35,527 bases of DNA from Asterionella formosa (Eukaryota): the NCBI GenBank assembly GCA_002256025.1, contig NKIB01000067.1, positions 1-35,527 of the forward strand, written 5' to 3'. This document shows, in pieces, positions 23,004 to 34,765 of the stretch (position 1 is its first letter; each line of letters begins with the position of its first letter). Below the pieces are notes generated by a model. That model saw only the letters and a list, made by a program, of their open reading frames with translations. It did not search any database and had not been told where the DNA came from. The position numbers were made by a program, and so were the translations under genes.

Positions 23004-24371
23004 ACAAGAGATATTACCACAACTGATTTAATAGTCTATTCACTGTATTGTACTTTGGTTATTTTTTCATGTATGTTCCTCTTGCTATTTAAGCTAATCT
23101 AGCTTCTTCTTTAGAAACTAAAATGCTTTGTGATTTTCACAATATGGGAAACGACTAGTCTAACACTGTTCTGTTAAATTTGGGATATTCCCATTCCATC
23201 ACTGGTGTCTCCACCAATTTCCTCCTTTAATATACTGTGGACTTGGCAAAATAAATGCCGAGGCGAGCTTGCATTTTGTGGTACATTTTTAAAAAGTAAT
23301 TTTCAGTATAGTGGCAATCACAGATAACTAGTTTTTCGATGGCTCACATGCATTCTTAGTGCAATTGAGCCAAGGGGAAATTGTGGAGCAAGTCAAAATG
23401 GCACTGGAGAAAATTTAAGAATCAATGCAACTGTTTTCCTCCAGAGGGAGTATACCTATGTTAGTATAACGTTAAATTTTCTGTAGTCTGACTGTAATGC
23501 TTACTCTTTCTAAGCAAGCTTGCTCGTCAGCACCAGTGTAGTATTAAACCTTCTGTTCCAATCCCACCTTTTTGTGAGCTTCTTCAATCTAACTTGTAAT
23601 TGTTTATACAAACAATTATTATGGCTCTCTTTCCAAATTTGTGCATAGATAGATATTTATTGTTGAGTTTGCAAACATTCAACTCTCAGCCAAGAACTGA
23701 CAAGCAACTCAACTCAACATCACTTAGTAGTAGCTAGCTAGTAGTACAACAGTTGTGAATATTCTTCCATCAATGTTATCTGCATTGCATATATAGACCT
23801 TTTCTTCAGTGAAATATTGATAACTATGGTACTAAGAACATTATACATTCAAATATTAATCTTGGTTTGCTGATATAGGAGTTCTTTTGGCAATCCATGC
23901 TGTTCGAATTTGCACATTATTTCAATAGCTACTACTGGATTTGTTTGTCTGGCTTACTCAAGATTGATTAGTTCGACTGAACTAATATGCCTGGAACGAT
24001 ATTAAAAATCTTGACACTATATACCGGTATATGATGTGGCGAATCAATACTACGAGATACCGGTAACCGATGGAACAGAATAACGGAATTTGTGATAGAC
24101 AATATCTTACTTTGTCGCTCAGGATGCATTACTACCAGTACATCATCACCAGGCTCGTTGTGACAAAATACAGATGTCACTCACAAACGAAGCAAACACG
24201 CTGCTGCACCAACCAACCGTACCCGTCCTTGTTCATTAGCTATCATCATCCTCAATCTACACAATAGCTATAGTGGTCGATGCCAACATCAATAATTAAA
24301 ACCGGTACTCTAGTTGATTGATTTATTTATTGATTGATTGAAGACAAAAATTGAATTTCCCGTCAATCAAA

Positions 24372-26204
24372 ATGGCGCCTGCCTCCGCCTCGAACAACAA
24401 GAAGCCGCCATCTTCGCCATTTTTCGCTCCATCGACTCCTAAAACTGTTTCGAATACTCCCGGAGGGACGAAACGTACTGTCAAGAAACCTGTCGAAGAA
24501 ATCAAGTCTAGTTTGGTCGGAACGACTGCCAATTTGATCAACGCCATTGTTGGTTCTGGCATTGTCGGGATTCCCTATGCCATCTATTGTTCAGGATTAC
24601 TAGCTGGCATTGTATTGGTCATGCTCTGTGCGCTTTTGACCATGACCTCCTTGCGATTGCTAATATTTACTGCACAATATGTGAAAGTACCATCCTACGA
24701 AACACTCTGTGAAGCAAGCTTTGGTCGGGTGGGATTTCTTTTCATTACAGCCAACATGTTCATCATGGCATATGGGGCCATGGTGTCCTATCTAATGATT
24801 GTCAAAGACACTATTCCATTGGTGTTGGGAGTCGACGAGACAGACGAATCCATGAAACGGGCGATTCTATTTATCCTCTCCTTGACTGTCATGGTCCCAC
24901 TCTCGGCACAACGTGACATGGCAGATTTGGCGAAAACATCACGACTGTCAGTAGCTTGTGATGCAATCATGGTTGTTCTAGTGGCATACCAAGCTCCCTT
25001 TCCACAAAAGGTACATGATGTTGGCTGGAAGTCTATCATTACACACTCAACCATTGAACCATCAACTGTCTTTATTGGACTGGGAGTACTAAGTTTTGCA
25101 TTCGTTTGTCAACATTCTGCTTTTATTATTGCTGGATCCTTGGACCGGCCCACCAAGGCACGATGGACAGTAGTGACACGTCGTGCTTTGATAGTTTGTG
25201 TTATTTTGGCACTTGCATGTGGCATTACTGGATTTTTAGGATATGGTGCTGCAACTCAAGGAAATATTTTGAACAATTTGGATCCTACGAATCTTTGGTC
25301 GAATCTGGCACGGGGGCTGCTGGGAAGTACCATGCTATTCGTATACCCCATGGAATCCTTTGTTGCAAGACATGTGTTGGTTGTACTACTCTTCCAAGGA
25401 CGACGTGCTCATGAAGGAGAAGATGCTAGTATCTTAAATCGACGTGATCGACGATGGGGGATGACAGTACTCTTGTATATCATGGCATTAATACCAGCCA
25501 TGTTGTTTCAGAATTTAGGATCTGTCTTGAGTGTTACTGGAGCCATTGGAGGCTCATGTTTGTCCTATATTGGACCTGGAATGTGTTATTTGGGAGTGTA
25601 TGGAAGTGACTTTATGGAACTGGTCAATGAATGGTTGGGAACAGCATCATCACCAGTTGTCAAGGAAGAATTGCTGCCACTAACTGCCATATCCACAACA
25701 ACACCACCAACTGCAATGACAACAACAACTACAGCGTCCACTTCATCTTGCTTTACAGTCATGATTCGAACATGTCTGTATTATCTCCTTGGGTTACCAC
25801 TATGGACAAAAATTGCTACAGTGGGTGCTGCAGGGTTAGTACGTCATAATGCCGAACAAGTGCAGAAATCTCCTCATATATCACGTATTGCTGGTCGTAA
25901 CACGACTAATAATACACTACGAAAATCTCAATCCTATCAGAATCCCAATTTCGTACCAGCTAATCTACAACCACCAGCTCGACCTACCAAAGGAGTCATT
26001 TTGCAAATACCACCAATTGACAAGGTTGGTGTTGTTCCAGCAGCAAGTATTGAAAAGGAGGACAAGACTACTACTGACGAAAACAATGAAGAAAGTGTCC
26101 ACAAACCGAAATTGATTGATTTCATCATTGCGATATGTTTCATGTTATTTGGTATAGTTGCCATGGTGGCAGGGTTAGGAAGTATCTTCATGTCAGTCGG
26201 ATGA
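24372..26204 (+). CDS. Amino acid transporter, AAAP/Aa_trans family (SLC38A11-like)
   Basis: NLINAIVGSGIVGIPYA, LSFAFVCQHS, GNILNN and FVYPMESFVARH motifs with about 11 hydrophobic segments. First ATG at 24372. Confidence 0.92.
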   Translation: MAPASASNNKKPPSSPFFAPSTPKTVSNTPGGTKRTVKKPVEEIKSSLVGTTANLINAIVGSGIVGIPYAIYCSGLLAGIVLVMLCALLTMTSLRLLIFTAQYVKVPSYETLCEASFGRVGFLFITANMFIMAYGAMVSYLMIVKDTIPLVLGVDETDESMKRAILFILSLTVMVPLSAQRDMADLAKTSRLSVACDAIMVVLVAYQAPFPQKVHDVGWKSIITHSTIEPSTVFIGLGVLSFAFVCQHSAFIIAGSLDRPTKARWTVVTRRALIVCVILALACGITGFLGYGAATQGNILNNLDPTNLWSNLARGLLGSTMLFVYPMESFVARHVLVVLLFQGRRAHEGEDASILNRRDRRWGMTVLLYIMALIPAMLFQNLGSVLSVTGAIGGSCLSYIGPGMCYLGVYGSDFMELVNEWLGTASSPVVKEELLPLTAISTTTPPTAMTTTTTASTSSCFTVMIRTCLYYLLGLPLWTKIATVGAAGLVRHNAEQVQKSPHISRIAGRNTTNNTLRKSQSYQNPNFVPANLQPPARPTKGVILQIPPIDKVGVVPAASIEKEDKTTTDENNEESVHKPKLIDFIIAICFMLFGIVAMVAGLGSIFMSVG

Positions 26205-26645
26205 CAATAATCTGCAGTAACTCATGGTTACATCATTGCTTTAAAAGCCAAAAAAAAAAAGATTTGGATTGGTATATCCTACAAGGTGGCAATACCAAAT
26301 ACTACTGGTCATGTGATTCATCAATTCATTGGTATGACAAAACATTTATAGCAATACCGGTAGTAGCATCCATGAACATGCAACAAAAACTAGCTAATGG
26401 TAGTATGCAGTGGGTGATGGAATAGTAAGAACTTTGGGTCTGCCTTACATGTGGTACAAAATCATTCATATACTTGGTGCTTCCTATATAGAAAAAGTTA
26501 ATTCAGGCAGATAACTACCGGTACTATACCGCAACTCCATGGTCCTTGTGCATCTGTTTTGCCTGTGTGTACAATAAGCCCACAAACTATACTAGCAAGC
26601 TAGATAGCTAGCTAGCTACCAGTATTAGTAGTAGTAGTGTCAAAT

Positions 26646-27401
26646 CTAAAAGAGTGCATCGCCAGTCACCCAGTTGTGATGAATCATCCCCCCAATGGCA
26701 AGCATGGCAAGACGTCCATTCTTAATCTCCTTGTACTCCATCAACTCCTTCTGCTCCTGCGATTTGCCCACACTCAATCCCATGGGATCGAATCCAAAGG
26801 CCCCCGGCACACGGGTTTCATCCTCAAACATATCCTCCATGGTGACTTTGCCCTTGTTGGTCCAGAACTCCAAGACTCCCACATAGCCGACAATCTGTAA
26901 CATGGCCGATGCTCCCACCACGGTGGGGGCCAAGTTGGAGTCATCAACATGCAGTAATCCAGGCAGGGTCCAGAACTGCTGCATCACGTAACCCACAGTG
27001 GCCAACATACAGATGCGTCCGTGCTTGATTTCTGATTCTCGGAGCCACTTCATGTCAAAGTTATCCGAAAAGCCGAGTGGGTCGAAGCCAACATCGCCCA
27101 CCCATCCTTTGGTATTGGCGGGTTCCAACAAGAAGGGCATGGACTTGGACATGGCATGTAGTGCTGGCATGCTGCTGCGAGTCTGACAAAGGCAAGGACG
27201 GCGACGAATGGGAAGAATGGCAGAGTGTACCGGAAACGGTCGTTGAGTTAGATTTTGGATTGGAAAATACAAAATTGGAACAAGCAAAACGGCATTATGG
27301 ATCATGTGTGAACCTACCTGCTGCTGGGAAGTGAATGCAGCAGCAGAACTCATGCTGAGGGCGGCGACGGTGGTGGTGGCGGCGGCGAACTTCATCATCA
27401 T
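26646..27401 (-). CDS. Lhcr: Fucoxanthin-chlorophyll a/c light-harvesting protein, Lhcr-type, 2 exons
   Basis: SKSMPFL, GDVGFDPLG, WLRESEIKHGRICMLA and EIKNGRLAMLA motifs. Signal peptide ends AAAF. Exons 27401-27318 and 27182-26646, intron 27317-27183 (gtaggt...tgtcag). Confidence 0.93.
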   Translation of the reverse strand: MMMKFAAATTTVAALSMSSAAAFTSQQQVGSHMIHNAVLLVPILYFPIQNLTQRPFPVHSAILPIRRRPCLCQTRSSMPALHAMSKSMPFLLEPANTKGWVGDVGFDPLGFSDNFDMKWLRESEIKHGRICMLATVGYVMQQFWTLPGLLHVDDSNLAPTVVGASAMLQIVGYVGVLEFWTNKGKVTMEDMFEDETRVPGAFGFDPMGLSVGKSQEQKELMEYKEIKNGRLAMLAIGGMIHHNWVTGDALF

Positions 27402-27563
27402 GGTCGTGGTATCCAAAATGAAATTGACGAAGCGAAAAGCAAGCCAACGTATGACGGAGTTATTGAACCAAAAAGATCGCGGTCTGGCCTGCTTGCCTTA
27501 TGATGGAGCCTTGCTTGCTGGCTGTCGCGAAGGAAAATGCACCTGAATCCTTCTGATGATTGT

Positions 27564-27633
27564 TGACGTCATTATTTCGTAATGGCAAGTGACGTTGCTG
27601 TGGTGGATTCCGAATTCCCTCTGTGCTGACTCA
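27564..27633. promoter_or_regulatory. Cluster of bZIP-type sites upstream of Lhcr
   Basis: TGACGTCA (27564-27571), TGACGT (27590-27595) and TGACTCA (27627-27633), about 165-230 bp upstream of the ATG. Confidence 0.45.
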
Positions 27634-28396
27634 CAAACATATCTAACGTACAGCACGACATCATGTATGTGCGTGCATGCATACCGGTAGTTAGTACATA
27701 TGTATCAGGCATCAGGCAGACAAATCAACAAGCGACGAGGAAGGATGATCATGTGGTCGTACATTTCGTCGTTGTCCCATGTACGCAGCGACCAGGTACT
27801 GCTAGACCACATATTTGCACATGATTCTACCGTCTTAAATATTTAACTAGTACATCTATCGTGCTTTTATTTGTTACTATTTAACCAGCAGTAGCGATTC
27901 GCGAATTGGTAAGAATTCAGGGATTCCCGGAAATGGAAAATTTCTAGGGAGCGAAACGACCATTACTTTATAAATATGCAATCTTTTAAATTGAAGAAAT
28001 TTTTAGATGGTACGAAGGGTCAGCTATCGATTCCGAACTTTAAATTCGCGTTTCGAAGGAAATGGAGGGCACACGATGTTTTGCCCCAAGAATGTGTTGA
28101 ACCGGTGAGGGCAACTCTACAGACGTTCTCTTATGATAGTAATTGAATCTTGCAACTTAGATTTACGTCGTCTCCCACTTGCTGGTATTCTTTCGATCTT
28201 GGAGGTGGAGGAGGATTATTGAATCATTGCTTCCAATTCTGTTTCATAAATGTATCAAGACTCTACCGTTTTAGTGTATTTATATATATGTGTATATATA
28301 ACCATGTTTTATGATTATGACGATTGTGCTACTGTTGTATTGTTCCTCTCCATCAGACTCTATGAAATCTTGGATCGTTCCTCCTTTAGACTGCTG

Positions 28397-29419
28397 CTAC
28401 CAGCTTTTCTTGTATGACAAGGAAACTTTATTTCTGGCCTCTTTATCATGTTTGTTTTGTAATGAATCATCACCATTGGATGGATCCGACAGACTTTGAC
28501 TCTTGGACTTGCTGTCGTTGCTGCTTCCAGTTTGACTACTAATGTTGGTACGACGGCGACGACTGACAGTAGTAGTACCAGTAGTCTTTGCATACTCTTG
28601 TTTTCGATCGTAATAGTCATTTAATAATCCACGAATAGTTTCCACTTGATCCCTCAAGGTAACATCATGTTTGATGTTTTTAGATGCATCTCTTTTTAAT
28701 TCTTGCAACATTTGTTGATATTCCAATTCATCTAAAGTGACATCATCTTCTTGTGATTTAATAGATCGTCGTTTCTGTATAGATGTGAAGACTGAATCAT
28801 ACAATTGTGCTGCTTTTTCTACTAGTCCTTCCTCTTCTTGTTGTTGTGTAGATGTTGTTGATCCCAATGCAATGGAAGAAAGAGATGATGATAATCGTTG
28901 TGAATGGCACCACGTCAAATAAGAATTATGTGTCATGGTGGATTGTCCAGTACTACTACATATTGCTGTCGATCTTCGTCTTATTGATTTTGTTTTTGGT
29001 TTGGCTTGTATTTGTTGTACTAGTTCAGAGGATGGTTCCAAACATTTTGCTTTTGCTGTAATTCCAGGTATAAAATCCAAAGTTTCACCACTACTGCCAA
29101 TACCATCATCATTATTACGACGTGGTAAAAATGTTGTTGTTGAGGACCCCCGTCGTATACTTGTTTTTGTAGTTCCAATATTTACACTTCTTGCAGCAAC
29201 AACAACACTCCCAGCACTACAATTTTCTCCGGTACTTTCTTCTGTTGTCCTTCTTGTGATGGTTGCCAACAATGTTTGTTGTGATGACTTTTTAAATTGT
29301 GGTGGTAAATCAGGTGCCAAAATACGTGTCAAGGCTTCATATGCAACTGTCGTGACACGACAGCTTGAACGACGACTGCTGCGACGTGAGGAGGATGGGT
29401 CCAAATCCATTCTTGTCAT
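28397..29419 (-). CDS. Hypothetical Ser/Thr/Arg-rich protein with a short helical/coiled-coil segment
   Basis: 340-aa ATG ORF with repeated RRSS/RRST motifs and a helical region (ELEYQQMLQELKRD...LRDQVETIRGLL). No family recognised. Confidence 0.65.
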   Translation of the reverse strand: MTRMDLDPSSSRRSSRRSSCRVTTVAYEALTRILAPDLPPQFKKSSQQTLLATITRRTTEESTGENCSAGSVVVAARSVNIGTTKTSIRRGSSTTTFLPRRNNDDGIGSSGETLDFIPGITAKAKCLEPSSELVQQIQAKPKTKSIRRRSTAICSSTGQSTMTHNSYLTWCHSQRLSSSLSSIALGSTTSTQQQEEEGLVEKAAQLYDSVFTSIQKRRSIKSQEDDVTLDELEYQQMLQELKRDASKNIKHDVTLRDQVETIRGLLNDYYDRKQEYAKTTGTTTVSRRRRTNISSQTGSSNDSKSKSQSLSDPSNGDDSLQNKHDKEARNKVSLSYKKSW

Positions 29420-31149
29420 TGAGTTACTACTACTTTTTAATTAAACTCCAAGTTGTTGTCAACGTTGTTGAAATGATATACTTCATGTAAATGACAAAGT
29501 ACAAGAATGGATGATGGATTTGGGAATATGTATACTAGTGTTGTGATGGCTTGCTAATAATGATGGGAGGAGGTTGTTTCTGGTTTGAGAAGTGGGACAC
29601 GAAGAATAATCTATTGTTGGGAGTCCAGTGATGTCCCCTAGAGTGTATACGGGAAAAATAGAGAAGCTCGAGATTACCGGTAAATTTAGACAGGATGGGA
29701 CAACATATTTTACCAAGTCCGGTACAAGGAAAAATCCCTACTACTTCTACTGTTTACAATACATGTCCTGTAAACAAGAGCGATGATCTCATCTGAGAAA
29801 AAAAGAGACATTGCCCGAAATTTTGGGACCATCAAATTTCTTTATGTCCAAAAACGAATGTTGAATGACGTATGAACAGTATGTAGGATACAAGTTGTAT
29901 AACATTTATGTACAATATGTCGTACTTCAATTTTGCAGCACGCTATGTATATATGTAGTATATCTACGGTTAACGTACAACAAAATGCCATTTCTATTTC
30001 AACATTCACATCGATAGATAGTAAAATAATTAATCCATGCGATCTGCATATACAGGGAGTGGTTTGGGTGTTGTACCAGACGACAACCCACCCTCAGGCA
30101 GGAATGATGGTGTGTGGTCCATTGGCGGAGGCTGCACTGATGATGAATGCAGTGTGGTTACCTGGTACCTGGTACCAGTACAGTACCTGGTACATACATA
30201 GATCTTCCTTTTGTTCGGTGTAGACTACCGGTATCGTTCATTTATTGAAAGTTACTGTTGTCGCAAATAACGTGTCCACCCACCACCATGATTGAACATG
30301 TACATTGCTTATATGTAAACTCCGAACCTGGTCCTGTAATCATGACATCCCCCCCCCCCCCCCGGAATAAAAAATTTGTGGTCGGTTCGAGCGATGGCAA
30401 AATGCGAATTGTCCGGATCTTGAAAGAACTGGGTGTTCCCAGGACCAAATGGTCCTTGTTCCTATTCCCTGTACAGTACCGAAGATCTTCAATTGTCACT
30501 ATATATGTACCGATATGTATCTACATTTATAAGTATGTGGAGGTACATCGGAATGACTACCGGGTACCGGGTACCAGGTACCAGCTACCTAATGCACCGG
30601 TAGTGGCCATCATTTCGAAAACAAGAAACATGAAACGATGCATTCGTGCTCGACATGGTATATAGCTATGGTGTCACTGGGTACTGGTACCAGGTATGCG
30701 AAATATAATTATATCCTGTACGTACTCTGCCACGAAAATGGTCTCAATGGTCTCATCAGTGCTCTCAACATGTCCTTTGGTTGTTGCTTCGAGGCAGAGA
30801 GCCATTTTGTATCAACTACTAGCTGGTACCAGTATCGGTATACTTGCTACCTGGTACTGGTACCGGTAGCATACCGGTAGACAACATAATGCACAAATTT
30901 CAAAGCCAAAATGGAGGATGCGATCGTATCACCACTGTGACGAATCCCTACATTTGTTCCATTGGTTGAGAGTCGTACAATGTCTATGTAGTTTATGCTA
31001 AACTATTTTACGATTTGACACTTTCTTCATAACAAATACTGTTAGTCTAACAAAAACCAGAACCCTTGTTGCTTTCTTGGAGGAGTAGAATAACTATACT
31101 GGCACAATATATATGTATGTAAATATATAGCGCAAAGGTACCAGAGCGG

Positions 31150-31770
31150 ATTTACGATTATAGAGACCCCTTGTCCTTTACCAACAATGCCCGAGCCTGA
31201 TCCAGTTTCTGTGCTGGCTCTTAGAGTGGTAGAATGCCTCATTATGCGTATGGATGCAGTACAACACTCTAATTTACACCTTGTTCTTTACTACTTACAA
31301 ATTCCCAAAGCTGATTTCTGGTTTGCTAGCTTGAGAGTGAAAGAATGCATATGTAGGCATACTGCACTGCCAACAATTCACGATTAGACACTATGTTTTT
31401 TCCAACAAGGAATATACCCGACACTATTGGCTGGAGCGAGAGTGACAGAATACCTTATCATGCAAATGTATGTAGTGCAAAACTTCACGATTTTACACCT
31501 TGTTGTTCGTTACTAGTTACGAATGCCCGACCATAATTTCTAGCTTGCTGCTAGCTTGAGAATAGCAGAATGCCTAAGTAGGCACAGTGCAATGGCACAA
31601 GACACAATTAGAAATCTTGATCTTTCCAATAACGAATACCAAACCTGGCTGTTGATACTTTGTTAGTTACAATTTGCAATGCTCGAACCTGATTTCTTGC
31701 ATGCTAGAGTACTTTATCATAGCTTGAGAATGGTAGATGCCTAAGTAGGGCGAAACGAAGTCACGATCAG
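31150..31770. repeat. Old diverged tandem array, period ~110 bp
   Basis: Variants of (g)ctagcttgaga.t...agaatgcct at ~31215, 31326, 31432, 31550 and 31720. tttacaccttgtt recurs at ~31273 and ~31492. Confidence 0.7.
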
Positions 31771-31825
31771 AAACCATGGCATATAAAATAATGAATGTAC
31801 CCAATTCAGTTAGTTTTCTTTAGCA

Positions 31826-32305
31826 TGCCCACCATTTCTGCAGTGCAAAACTGTTTCATGACCTTTTAGTTCATTTTTACAATAACGCCCACCATTTCTG
31901 CAGTGCAAAACTGTTTCATGACCTTTTAGTTCATTTTTACAATAAAGCCCACCATTTCTGCAGTGCAAAACTGTTTCATGACCTTTTAGTTCATTATTAC
32001 AATAAAGCCCACCATTTCTGCAGTGCAAAACTGTTTCATAACCATTTTGTTCATTATTACAATAATGACAACCATTTCTGCAGTGCAAAACTGTTTCATG
32101 ACCTTTTAGTTCATTATTACAATAGCGCCCACCATTTCTGCAGTGCAAAACTGTTTCATGACCTTTTAGTTCATTATTACAATAATGCCAACCATTTCTG
32201 CAGTGCAAAACTGTTTCATAACCTTTTTGTTCATTATTACAATAATGCCCACCATTTCTGCAGTGCGAAACTGTTTCATAACCTTTTTGTTCATTATTAC
32301 AATAA
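31826..32305. repeat. Young 60-bp tandem array, 8 copies
   Basis: Unit accatttctgcagtgcaaaactgtttcatgaccttttagttcattattacaataatgccc, with few substitutions and no indels. Confidence 0.98.
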
Positions 32306-33209
32306 ATAGGATAGACCGAGAAAGAAAGTATCTGATACAAGTACTAATATAAGTATAATGTATTTATACAGAAGCGTTCCACCGGCAGGAAGGAAGTACA
32401 TTAACATGATTATTAAGAGAATGGGTTAACTAGCTATTTACCAGTAGCTGGTACTAAAACGAGACTATGATGTACCTTTTATTAGCTCCTTGTTGTAGAA
32501 ATAGCTATTACAAGAATAACTACTGCTACTAAAATACTATAGCTGACGAGAGATTATGGGCGGGTACTGTCTTTGTTTCCCAAGTTGATTCTGAGACTCT
32601 ATATAGTACTAGAGGCTGGTAGCTCCACCACCAGCCATGCAACAACATGAATTCATATGAATGAATACGAAGTGAAAATTTGTTGGCTGCAGTACATTTT
32701 CACTATTACAGATTACTACTCACTCTACCAGTATCCGGCAAATAGTGGTAGTTTCTTATGTTCAAGCAAGGTCTGAGGTCGTCAATCCTTAGCAGCTAGC
32801 TGGTATTTGTTTCCTCTCTTCCACCAGTTATTTATCCAGCAATCATTAACATAACACCACCAAAATAACAATAAGAAGTGACGGCAAGAAGCCATCACAG
32901 ATGGCACCAATACAATATATGTTCGCCATTCATCAGCACCCAAAATGTATGTGTGATAGCTTGCTAGTAGTGAATTGCAGCAGTCAATCAGGCAGCCAGG
33001 CATGCAGTAGTAGTGCATAGTATCCAGTCGCAATATCTAGCTATACTTAGCAGACTATATACTGGTAGCCAGATAATATCCTAATTAGTTCCAATTTGTG
33101 AATGTCATGCCTTTTGTTCTAGCATGCAGTTGAAGAATGGCCGTGAGTATAAATGACAGGAACTACCACGCCCTCCTAAGGACTAGAAATAACTCACTCA
33201 CAAACTTGT

Positions 33210-34250
33210 CTACTTGTATTCCTTTTGAATGACTTGAGCTCCAATCAAACCTGCTTGTTCAATGGTTTGTGAGAAATCTGTCAATGTTCTTGGAGGAAAT
33301 CCAGTCACCAAAGTAAATGGTCCAGTCGAAGCCGTTGTTGTGGATTCGTCATTCAACAAATGTGTCACAATCAAATCCCAAATAGTACATGTAATTGGAA
33401 CAGTAATAATCTTTCTTCCTTGTGATGGATGCATTAGTCGAATGGCAATCGTAGTTGTGGTAGCACTTGTTGTGGCTGTTGGTGGTGGTGCAAAAGTCGT
33501 AGAAAATGTTGTTGGATCAATGACACCAGATGCTGTCGCACTACCAGTAGCAGGTGTTGTTGTTGTTGTTCCCAACGCCGTTCCTACTCCATGAAAAGTG
33601 CGAAATTCTTCCACATAATCTTTTTCTCGATGATCCAATAATCCGACAATCACATCGTCTTCTTGATGATTACTATTTGTATTAGACAAAAATTCTCTTG
33701 GTGTTTTTCCTTGTGCCAAGGCTCGTAAAAATTCTGAATTTGCATCATCATCTAATCGACGAAATGGTCCATCATCCACAATAAATCCATTTCGATACAT
33801 GGTTATGACACGACGTTGTTGGTTTTGTTCGTTGTTGTCATTATTACTCTTGGTAGCTCGACCAAACACAGCATCACGATCGTTTGGTTGCACCGCCAAT
33901 CCACTTTGTGAGTGTGTGTGTGTGTGTTGCGTGACGGTAAAAAATCAAAAAGTAGTTAGTGGTAAGTCAGTGTTATGGTTGGTTAGTTCCAAGTCATGGT
34001 TGGTTCGAAAAGGGTAGTTTCTCAAGTCCCATTACCGTCCACTAGTAGTAGGATATAATAATAGTAGCAGCAGTAGTAGTAGACGCTATGTACTCAAAGT
34101 TGCTTCAAACTGAAAAAATGACAATTCCACGTACCTTCCACCACCTCGTGCATCTATTCCACCGACATAACGATTGTTAGTTCCGTCGTCGTCGTCGTCA
34201 TCAGAAGAGTCTTGTTCTTTCTTTGTGTACAGGCCATGAATGTTACTCAT
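33210..34250 (-). CDS. SEP-UBX domain p97/Cdc48 adaptor (p47/p37/Shp1 family, no N-terminal UBA), 2 exons
   Basis: Exon 1 34250-34135 (MSNIHGL...YVGGIDARGGG), intron 34134-33904 (gtacgt...ctcacaaag), exon 2 33903-33210 restoring SGLAV. SEP domain ITMYRNGFIVDDGPFR, SHP box FHGVGTALG, UBX GFPPRTL...TIEQAGL. Confidence 0.93.
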
Positions 34251-34444
34251 CCTTCCTTTGATATATATATATGTTGATTTGTAATGGAGGAGATGGAACA
34301 GGAATCGATTTTTGTTGTGAATCCTTGTGTCATGCAAACGATAGAGATGATGAAGGCTACAGCGGCTGTTCGTGACATCATTTTACTCAGTACTACGAAC
34401 GTACCCGAAAATAAATCAACTCTCAGCGCAACCTTTTATGGCCA

Positions 34445-34765
34445 TACATATAGTCGTAGCTGTGTACTGCACTGGTAGTTAACTACCGGTAGCCCCTTCG
34501 ACAAAGCTCGCGATGTACATATACCGGTACTTGAGTACAGGGTAGACTGGGTACCAGATACCAGTACATATAGTCGTAGCTTTGTTGTGCACCGGCACCC
34601 TTCGACAAAAAAGCTATGTTGCGATGTACCGGTACTCGTTTAGACTGGGTACCAGGGTACCAGGTACCTGGCACATAAAGTCGTCGCTATGTAGTGCAGT
34701 GGTAGTTAACTAGCACCTTCGACAAAGCTCAGTATATATACTGCCTTGTATAGACTGGGTAATAC
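34445..34765. repeat. Three diverged tandem copies of a ~115-bp unit
   Basis: acata.agtcgt.gct...tgca....ccttcgacaaa...agactgggta starting at ~34446, ~34566 and ~34673. Confidence 0.85.

Noticed and set aside
27896..28055. Possible MITE with cgattcgcgaatt / aattcgcgtttcg ends
   Set aside because: Only a short imperfect match and no TSD or second copy in the window.
31826..32305. CRISPR-like appearance of regular repeats
   Set aside because: Units are contiguous with no unique spacers, there are no cas genes and the context is eukaryotic.
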